A DNA stretch of 64,000 bases, from NCBI RefSeq assembly GCF_001194135.2, contig NC_068982.1, positions 101,155,927 through 101,219,926 on the forward strand, in the 5' to 3' direction. The notes below the pieces were generated by a model. The model worked only from the letters and a program-made list of their open reading frames with translations, did no database searches and was not told the DNA's origin. Below are positions 54,298-64,000 of this stretch, in pieces. This stretch comes from Octopus bimaculoides (lineage: Eukaryota). The translations under genes were made by a program, and so were the position numbers. How positions within the stretch are numbered: position 1 is the first letter of the stretch; the number at the start of each line of letters is the position of its first letter.

Positions 54298-54697
54298 ATT
54301 ATTATTATCATTATCATTATTATTGTTGTTGTTGTTATGTTATAAACAACCTCCTTTCTCTTGTTCATAGTCATATCCAGGTGTCTTCACTGGTTGTCCT
54401 CTATTAAAACTTGTTTCTGTTCTGCTAAATACAAACTGTCACTTACTTAATGGTTTTATTAAAGATATGTCTAAACTTAGCCTGCCTGTCGGCGTGTTGG
54501 ATTTTTCTCTGCTGCTATTTTTCTGTTCCACTGAATACGGACTGTCACTTTCGCTTATTTGCATCTATGGGTTATATATATATATTTTAAAAATATTTCT
54601 GTTGATGCCTTAATATGTAGACAGCATTACTATAATGAGGATTGAGAAGTATGAAGAAAGATGCAGTAACTGCCGAATATCCATGCTTGCACTACAT

Positions 54698-54729
<32 letters not shown>

Positions 54730-55060
54730 TTAGGCGTGTTTATATGTGTGTATAATCATAAATTTGTTTACTTTGCTGCTATCGTATTTGTTGCAAGTTT
54801 ATGGAAATATGTTTCGTAATGTGCCACTTTGATTAAGTCAATGTTGTGAAGCGACAAAGATGAACCAGATGTCTAAATTTCTTTAAAAACAAGACATCAG
54901 AATGATCCGGATAATGGTTGTTTTTAAACATGAAATGTCAGTGACAAAACGAGATCAAAGATGGACGGATAAAGACTTTCGACTCATGCAATAAATCAAT
55001 AATACAAAGTTATCGACTACACATCCATTTATCAAACTTGTTAAACTTTATATGTATCTT

Positions 55061-55209
55061 TCGCGTGGCTGTGTAGTAAGAAGTTTGGTTTTCACGCGTT
55101 CAGTTCCACTTCGTGGCGCGTTGGTCAAGTGTTTACTCCTTTAGCGTTGAACCAGCCAAAGCCTTGTGAGTAGGTTTGGTAGATGGAAGCGGAAAGAAGC
55201 CCATTGTTC

Positions 55210-55249
<40 letters not shown>

Positions 55250-56225
55250 NNNNNNNNNNNNNNNNNNNNNNNNNNNNNNNNNNNNNNNNNNNNNNNNNNN
55301 NNNNNNNNNNNNNNNNNNNNNNNNNNNNNNNNNNNNNNNNNNNNNNNNNNNNNNNNNNNNNNNNNNNNNNNNNNNNNNNNNNNNNNNNNNNNNNNNNNNN
55401 NNNNNNNNNNNNNNNNNNNNNNNNNNNNNNNNNNNNNNNNNNNNNNNNNNNNNNNNNNNNNNNNNNNNNNNNNNNNNNNNNNNNNNNNNNNNNNNNNNNN
55501 NNNNNNNNNNNNNNNNNNNNNNNNNNNNNNNNNNNNNNNNNNNNNNNNNNNNNNNNNNNNNNNNNNNNNNNNNNNNNNNNNNNNNNNNNNNNNNNNNNNN
55601 NNNNNNNNNNNNNNNNNNNNNNNNNNNNNNNNNNNNNNNNNNNNNNNNNNNNNNNNNNNNNNNNNNNNNNNNNNNNNNNNNNNNNNNNNNNNNNNNNNNN
55701 NNNNNNNNNNNNNNNNNNNNNNNNNNNNNNNNNNNNNNNNNNNNNNNNNNNNNNNNNNNNNNNNNNNNNNNNNNNNNNNNNNNNNNNNNNNNNNNNNNNN
55801 NNNNNNNNNNNNNNNNNNNNNNNNNNNNNNNNNNNNNNNNNNNNNNNNNNNNNNNNNNNNNNNNNNNNNNNNNNNNNNNNNNNNNNNNNNNNNNNNNNNN
55901 NNNNNNNNNNNNNNNNNNNNNNNNNNNNNNNNNNNNNNNNNNNNNNNNNNNNNNNNNNNNNNNNNNNNNNNNNNNNNNNNNNNNNNNNNNNNNNNNNNNN
56001 NNNNNNNNNNNNNNNNNNNNNNNNNNNNNNNNNNNNNNNNNNNNNNNNNNNNNNNNNNNNNNNNNNNNNNNNNNNNNNNNNNNNNNNNNNNNNNNNNNNN
56101 NNNNNNNNNNNNNNNNNNNNNNNNNNNNNNNNNNNNNNNNNNNNNNNNNNNNNNNNNNNNNNNNNNNNNNNNNNNNNNNNNNNNNNNNNNNNNNNNNNNN
56201 NNNNNNNNNNNNNNNNNNNNNNNNN

Positions 56226-56256
<31 letters not shown>

Positions 56257-56420
56257 ACGTCTCCATAACTAGCGGTTCGGCAAAAGAGTTAGATAGAATA
56301 AGTACCAGGCTTAACAAAGAAAATAAGTACTGGGGTTGATTCATTTGACTGCAAATTTTTCAAGGCGGTACCCCGGCAAGGCCGCAGTCTAACTGACTGG
56401 TACAAGTAACAGATAAAAGG
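55061..56420 (+). mobile_element. SINE family B spanning gap 55250-56225 (expanded internal microsatellite)
   Basis: The 5' half ends in (TA)n before the gap; the 3' half resumes after (TG)n with TTTACGTCTCCATAACTAGCGGTTCGGCAAAAGAG. Confidence 0.85.
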
Positions 56421-57358
56421 TATATATGTATGCGCGCGCATGTGTGTGTCAGTGTGAAATCTCAGGAAATAAAGCAACATCGGCTCAAACACAGAAGATT
56501 CACTGGTTGTTCATGTAACACTATGTAGTTATCAGTAGATAAACGGTGCATTGTTAGTTGCTTCTGTTGCCACAGCGATTATGTCTACTCCAGTTAACAA
56601 ACTTTATAAAAACACAAACTCAAGCCATTTTGATTTCGGCTCCACNNNNNNNNNNTCTGTTGCCACAGCGATTATGTCTACTCCAGTTAACAAACTTTAT
56701 AAAAACACAAACTCAAGCCATTTTGATTTCGGCTCCACTTCTTCTCCTTAACACCCCGACTGTCTTATTTTTACCGGACTCGGTAATATCACTTCAAAAG
56801 TGTAGCCATCCAAAACTTTTATCCTGTTAAAGCTTCGCCCACAATTTCGCGCAATAGATAAATATGAGCTAACGAAAAAGCCTGTAAATGTCGCTCCTTC
56901 AAACCACATTCTACATATATTTCTTAGACATATATATCGTCTGATATACAAAATGATAGGATTGTCGTGACTTGAACAACTTTGGTTATAGATCTACTCG
57001 GCCAAATTAGATCTGTAGTTAAAGAACACCATTAACCAACTAGTCTGCAAAGATTTGGGCCGATTTCAGTTATCTTGACAACTCTGCCTCCCACAACTAG
57101 CTCGTAAGGACTAGGAATGTCTACAAACTCAGACTTCCTTTCTCGAAGCAAATAGGTTTTAACAATGGACAGAGGGTAAGCATATTTTGGGCGATTAAAT
57201 CAATCCAGTAGTTCTTTGGTAATTTGTTATTGTCCCAATGAAAAACGTAATGGGAAAGGCTACAGTGACAGGAAGGCAAGTATAAAGTAAATATGGTTAC
57301 TCTACCGACTCTACCAAAATATTTTAATATATGATAATATATGAGTTTCTTTTAGAAT

Positions 57359-57422
<64 letters not shown>

Positions 57423-59916
57423 CATATTTTTTATAATACACACACACACTAACAGGATAGTAAACATGATTACAGACACAGACAAGCATCTTTCTTTCTT
57501 TCATTCTTTATATANNNNNNNNNNNNNNNNNNNNNNNNNNNNNNNNNNNNNNNNNNNNNNNNNNNNNNNNNNNNNNNNNNNNNNNNNNNNNNNTATATAT
57601 ATATATATATATATATTGCACACATATAATACGCGATCTGTTTCAAACTGCTTTTCAGTAAGTTCAGAATATTTTTTTAATAACTTATTAGGTAAAACAT
57701 ACTTTTGTATATTTAGCTTCGTTTATAATGTAAATAGCCTTGTTTGTCTGTCCTTAGTGTAACGTAGACCACACACATCCATTTCCCCGCGGATACCATC
57801 AAAAGACACAGCAACTAACAATGTAATCGTGTCTAAACCCTTTGCGTAAAACTTGAAGGCTACACTTAACGTAGAATTTAGAAATTGTGTAAGGAATATG
57901 TGTTTATTCCTCTACTACAAGTTCAGGTTCAGTTGCGATCTTGATTTAAATGGATTCCAGAGTGGTGAGGGTAAATTTCGACGAACAAACAATGGCTGTT
58001 AATTCTTAAAGGAAATAGAAACTTACTGATATGTGTATCGCTATTTAGGAAATACAACTAAGAATTGGAAATGAGTGTCATTGGATTAATATCATGCAAA
58101 AACAAAGATCTAAAGTTATTGAACTTTAAAGAAAGACTACTAATTTGAAGGGAAGTCGTGCAATCGACTGAATCAACCCGAGTATAATACTGCTACTTAA
58201 TTCATCGATTTGGATGAACGATACCTTAAAACTCAACGGTAGTGGTGGGTTTTAACACAAACTTAAAAGAATGTTATAAGATGCTACCGAGACACCTTTT
58301 CAAATCTTTATTCCATCATTCAACCTTAATAAAGATGTCTGAATCCAGAATCTTTTAATATTGTTAAACCATCTTAACAGAAGATCTGGGTTCATCCGGA
58401 CGAATATGATGTCCGATGTGCCACCGTCCATTTTACCTTAGTGTCATTACAAATAGCCACCTGCGATTAGGTGGACAGCCTTTTCGATAAAGAAGAGATT
58501 CTTACTAAGGACAAAAACGTATAAAATATATAAATCAAAGTTAGCACGTTTTAGAAAAGAGCAGTCATTTGATCTCAGTACTGGATTGGCCCTTATTTTG
58601 TCGATATCTACATGATGATAACCCAAATCAAATTTTATGAGATTTGAACCCAAAACGTCAAAAATATATATTAGCGACCGAGGCAGTATTATTTATTACC
58701 TCTCATATTAATACTGTCTCTGTCACTAATGTATATTTCTAACGAGCTTACTGGCTAATCGTGGTATCAGTGCCTGTTTTGGTACGGCTATTCTATGTAT
58801 TGTTCGCGGGGAGATGAGTCGCTTCTATCTCTAGCGGTCGAGCGCCCATCATTGACGAAATCACGTGATCTGGTTGTCTCGTCGCTACAGATGGAGGTGA
58901 TGTATCTCCCGGCAAGCGATATAAAGAAGGGTGCATTTTGCATCAAAATCTAGTACGTGAGTTTCTCTCGTGGTATCTACCGTAGTATAGTTTGTTCTAA
59001 TAGAACATCCACGTTTAAGTAGGGATAGATATTACCTCTCAAAACGTAAAAGTATGTTCGTGAACACCCTAAAGAATTATAGCCACAATTTTACCAGTTC
59101 CTCATAAAACACCCACCACGAATAATTCTTAATAGACTCTAAAAGAAAATAAATTTGTCGTCCCAATCCATACCCAATCTTTTCTTTATCACTGTGGTTG
59201 ATTTTAGTAAGCAGTTGTTTTAATAAACCAGTTGGCATGAGTGGAAATGAAAGGTTAAATTGCCAGAGGTAGAATTTGAACTACAGAACAGTTTGAACAT
59301 TTTCATATGTATTGCCAACAGATAATCAATATCCACTGCTCTTAAATTTTCGGCAAATCGACCACCCATACAGTGAAATACACTTATTAAAAAAATCGTT
59401 GCTAACGCATGGATATATATATATATGTGTGTGTGTGTGGGCGTGTGTGTGTGTGTGTGTGCGTGCGTGCGTGTTAAATACGTAACCATAAGCATTACAC
59501 TCATATACAATAGTTACGATATGTTTTGTGCAAGAACATTATATATATATATATGCACATAAATATATCCCTGGGCTATGTGAGAATGTAACCTACCTCA
59601 GACTAACTGACATAACAGTTAACGGTTGCAACCGATAGACGTTAAAAGAAGAGAAGAAAAATAAAGAAAAAAGAAAACAAAACGAAAATTACACCAACAA
59701 ATCAGATAGCGAAAGCGCCTCAGATTTAATGGCGAGTTGCCATTGACATACATAACTGCACAGAACCAGGAAGACGGTGTAATGTATGTGATTCAGTACA
59801 TTCCTCTTACTGAGCTTTTGTACTCGGAGGATTACATCTTCAGGTGGTGATTTATGTTAGAGTTTCTGGCGAGATTTCAAATAACTTGAAAATATTGGCG
59901 ACAGAGAAAAATGAAT

Positions 59917-59971
<55 letters not shown>

Positions 59972-60000
59972 ATGTGTATGTGTGTGTGTGTGTGTGTGTA

Positions 60001-60033
<33 letters not shown>

Positions 60034-60256
60034 CAGTGAGTGTGTAAAAATTAGAGAGAGTGCAAGTCGAGGGAATAAATTGCGTTATAAATAATTAGAT
60101 ATATGTTTCGAGGAAGGGAAGTGACGGGTAGCAGTAGAATAGAGGTTAGTTTAATATATACGTAGAAAGAGAGAGGGGAGGGAGAATGAATAAAAAGTGA
60201 AAGGAGAAATAAAGAAGAATTTATGTGAAAAATAACAGGGATATAATGGATTAGAT

Positions 60257-60556
60257 CAGTGGTTCTCAACCATGTTTTACCTATGGATCCCTTTGATTCC
60301 TATTTTACTCGGGTGGACCCTCATAGCCATTTGATGTAAAAAGAAAAGAAACAACCTACAGTATTTTTTTTATTAAATATTATTAAGAATTATATATAAA
60401 AAAAAATTAATGTTTTGTGTATTGTAGAAGTATAAGCAATTAATTTGCACATAAATTTTAACAAGAAAATTTCATATGGACCATCAAGTGCCATATGGAC
60501 CACCAAGTGCCATATGGACCACCAAGTGCCATATGGACCCCAGTTGAAAACCAATG
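60257..60556. mobile_element. hAT (Charlie-like) MITE
   Basis: TIRs CAGTGGTTCTCAACC and AGTTGAAAACCAATG; 8-bp TSD GATTAGAT / GATTATAT (7 of 8 match); subterminal 19-bp repeat CATATGGACCACCAAGTGC, 3.5 copies at 60473-60541. Confidence 0.82.
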
Positions 60557-63500
60557 GATTATATATATATATATATATAGATATAGAGAGAGAGAGAGAG
60601 AGACAGAGAGAGAGAGATAGAGGGATAGTGAAATATGTAAGGTTCGCCTCGACTGGAATGACTATTTTGTATTACAAATAGGGTTATTCTCTCAAGGCTA
60701 ATTTAGGAGTATGCAACAACCAGTATTTGTATACTTTTCATTAGTCAGCAGATTTTTTGTTAACTTAAATTTGAAGCTTCGTTAACTTTTATTTAGATTA
60801 ATTAGAAGAACTTAGTCTGATAGACTTAGTCTGGTCTCTACTCGTCGATAGTCTCAGAGAGGATCTGAGCTTAGCAATATTAATGTCTTTGAATTATCCA
60901 ATACTCTCACTGATTACAAGAATGAGTTGTACCATCTTGGTGGTCAGAGCTACAAGTAAGTATGGTCGGGAAGCAGAAGCGATAATACCGATGAGTTGTT
61001 AACCGACATTTTACTAACTTAACCAGTGGCGACTATCATTAATAAACTGTGTGATTGTACTGAGATTTCTGTAGTAAATAATCACAGTATAGTTTACACA
61101 ATTCTCAAGGATACAAGCGAAAACTTCAAATTCGGTTCTTGATAAAAACTACACGTCCTTAGGTAAATATTAATGGCTTTAGAAAATTCAAGTATACTGT
61201 TTATCAACAATGTCAATTTTGTTAATTTACATTACATGAGTGAACTTTAAACAGTTAAGGCAAATCGCTTTCTCAAAAGCAAAATGTTGCAAAACTGGTA
61301 TTCAGAATAAAACTTGCAATAGTTTTAATTAAGAGCTCAGGTGTTCATGTAGGATTGCTAATTTGAGTAGATGACATGTCAGAATGGAAAACTTGTAAAA
61401 TGTGGTTGGTAGATTGTACGGTTGCTTTGTTAGTGACAGCTTATTCTTAGTTCTCACAAACGGCAGCTTCTTGAACGATCTCTTATAATGTTAAATGATA
61501 GCTAATATTGTTTGATATGTAGTAAACTGAAGTAGAGAGGATTGAAATAAGACGTAACAGATGTCTTTGGAAAGAGAGAAGGAAATACTGAAAGAGCACA
61601 TTAATTAGTAGTAAACATCTTGTTAAAGAATCTTTTCTCCGCCATCATTAAAATTCTTATATTATTGAAACTACTTTTATTATATCCACAGATTGATTAA
61701 GATGACACAGCAACTATATTTCTATTTTTCTCATAATTCAAACGGAAAGCATCTCAGACTGTATTCAGGTATGGAAGAAGTGAATTAACAGAAATGCTAA
61801 AGTTGGTTTGAAATGCCTTTACTTACTCTGCTCCAAGTTTAGAGCCCTGAGCCAATGTGATCAATTTATATTCAAAGTAGTTTGGTGAGGTGGTCAAATG
61901 CCATATAACTTACTGTATTTAGTTTCCTTTCCTTGAATCTGAGCTCAAATCCAACCAAGTTTTATCAACTTATGCAAACAACTTTCCTCCTCAGGTTTGG
62001 TCAGGCGCCCGAATAAATATAAAATAAAATGTGTGCGAAAAAAAAAAAAGAACAAAAAACAAACGAATAATAATAGTAGCCATCTTTATATTCAACTTTT
62101 AGGATCTGAACGGGTTTCATGCCATTTAATTTAGCATAGCTCTCATCCCTAGCTGGTCATTAAAATCTGCGTTTATTACATTTATTTGTAATGAGCCGTA
62201 TTAAAGCTGCTATATACAAAATAGTGATTTAATATATTTCACTATCTTTAAACAAACAGCTTTGCTTAAAATAAATGATTCGATGAGTAAAATATTAAAC
62301 GTTACAGATAAAAATAAGTGACTACAGATCAATTGGACGTTTGTATATTTCTTTACATAGATAACATTTTAAGAGTAAAGGAATGATAAAATTATTTCAA
62401 AGGCTCTCACTGACTCCAAAGGCTGGGGTTTGACCCACAGAATCTATAATTTCTCTGTACCTTCTTTCAACTTCGTAAACTGAGAAATCAAGAAAAATGT
62501 AATGACTTAAAATGTGCAATGCAACGTTTATAGAAGATATGAATCTACACACCAAACATCTGCAATCCACTATGTTATTTGCTTCTACATGACTGTTGAA
62601 CTAATAATCTTTCAAACAGTCTCTGGATTTGTCCGACACGATACGCAGGCTATTTTTGACAATTTCTTTTTACTGTTTGCTCTTATACGAATGGCTCTTT
62701 GATATTTCAACCTGGACTTTTCAAAGATAAAAAAACATGGTGCTATTTGTAGGTTTATCTGAATATTCCACCTCGTTCGTGATCAAGACATTTGCCACGT
62801 TACATATAAATTTTACTTAAGGTTAAAAATTCTTGCATCCAAGCCTAATCTAATCGTTAATTTATTTTTATGCAGATAATTCCACCCAATATCTGATATA
62901 AAGATATAACTAGAAGAAAATTTGTCAAAGGGCTCTAAGTCTACAAGGAGTAAGTGGAGATGCTTTAAATGAGTCCGAATCAGATTTGGGTTACTCAGAG
63001 ACACCAAAGTGAAATGGAGCTTATGATGTGGAATCACCTCTTTCTGTAACTGCAGAACAATAAAGAATATAAACCTCATCCTATTCGCTTGCTCGTTATT
63101 TGATTTCCCCTTATTGTTCAAATGGCTTGAAAGATAACACAAAATAAGCACAATTAGATAAAGAAAAAAGTAGACCTTTTTGATATAGACTTGAAATAAT
63201 ATAAAATCTGATATAGACTTGAAATGATAATCAGTCAAAATGTTTCGAAATAGAAGTATGAACATCCTCTTTTTAACTCTTATAGGCTGTTTTAAAATTA
63301 TATAGAAACAGAAGCACTACATCATAAACGCAGTAGCATTTAGTTGACTAATGCCGTGTGAGAGGATTCGATAGGTAGAAACTGCATAGAAACATAGTGT
63401 GTGTTTGTGTAAGTTCATGCGCGTGTCAGCCCCTGATTGTGTGTGTACGAATGTGTGTATATTTCGCCCATGTATCTAACCAGCAAAGAATATAAACGTC

Positions 63501-63639
63501 GACAAGGGGAAAAAACCCCCAGCTTGTTGTCTCTTTAGCTGTCATATACAAGGTGAACTTGTATTTGGTCCGTTAGAAACATAAAATCAACAACACCACC
63601 GTAGGCAAGATATATGTTGTAAAATAAAATAATAATAAT

Positions 63640-63824
63640 CATTTCTACTATAGGCACAAGGCCTGAAATTCGACCCCAGTATTCGACTGGTACTTAAGTT
63701 ATCTACCCAGAAAGGATGAAAGGCAAAGTCGACCTCGGCGGAATTTGAACTCGGAACGTAAAAATGACCCAAATGCCGCCAAGAGTTTTGGCCGGCATGC
63801 TAAAGATTCTGCTAGCTCGCCGCC

Positions 63825-63826
<2 letters not shown>
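63640..63826 (-). mobile_element. SINE family A within (AAT)n
   Basis: Reverse complement of the family pattern; (AAT)n on both flanks. Confidence 0.92.
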
Positions 63827-63878
<52 letters not shown>

Positions 63879-64000
63879 GGAAACACTAGCCATAAACAAG
63901 GTGGCACCAATTATCATAAAATACATAGAGCACTCAATGAACAAATGGCAGACAGTGCTACAGCTCCAAACAAAAGCGGGACTTGTGAAAACGAAAGCCA
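63879..64000 (+). mobile_element. Probable 5'-truncated Dong/R4 element starting inside the RT domain and running off the window
   Basis: Directly after (TAA)n, an open frame from 63880 reads ETLAINKVAPIIIKYIEHSMNKWQTVLQLQTKAGLVKTKA, resembling the R4 RT segment that precedes the RGIFQGD motif (recalled similarity). Confidence 0.65.

Noticed and set aside
56563-56738. 83-bp exact duplication around a 10-N gap
   Set aside because: Identical copies separated only by a placeholder gap; most likely an artefact.
60473-60541. CRISPR-like short repeats
   Set aside because: Head-to-tail 19-bp units with no spacers, inside a eukaryotic hAT MITE, with no cas genes.

Overview
AT-rich, microsatellite-dense, repeat-dominated eukaryotic DNA with 14 assembly gaps (about 4.4 kb of N). 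The SINE families and the Dong/R4 and Tx1 LINE content point to a coleoid cephalopod, probably Octopus (inference from recalled repeat families, not a database hit). No complete host gene, tRNA/rRNA gene or CRISPR array can be supported, and most ORF-track entries are microsatellite or gap artefacts. Well-supported content: four Dong/R4 LINE pieces from at least two families, all abutting (AAT)n tracts; a decayed L1/Tx1 3' fragment; a CR1-like 3' fragment; a full-length decayed mariner transposase gene with one TIR visible; a TcMar-type MITE holding an intact tRNA-SINE; a hAT MITE; about 25 copies of three tRNA-derived SINE families; and a probable Penelope tail with a degenerate hammerhead core. 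I found no confidently novel system. Best leads: (1) unrelated retroelements sharing the (AAT)n microsatellite with fixed strand polarity; (2) a SINE subfamily whose 3' tail resembles the 3' end of the Tx1 LINE; (3) a possible first coding exon (MHITKSDAFYLDVSNYREILL) of a long-intron minus-strand gene; (4) a perfect 34-bp fold-back inside an old repeat.
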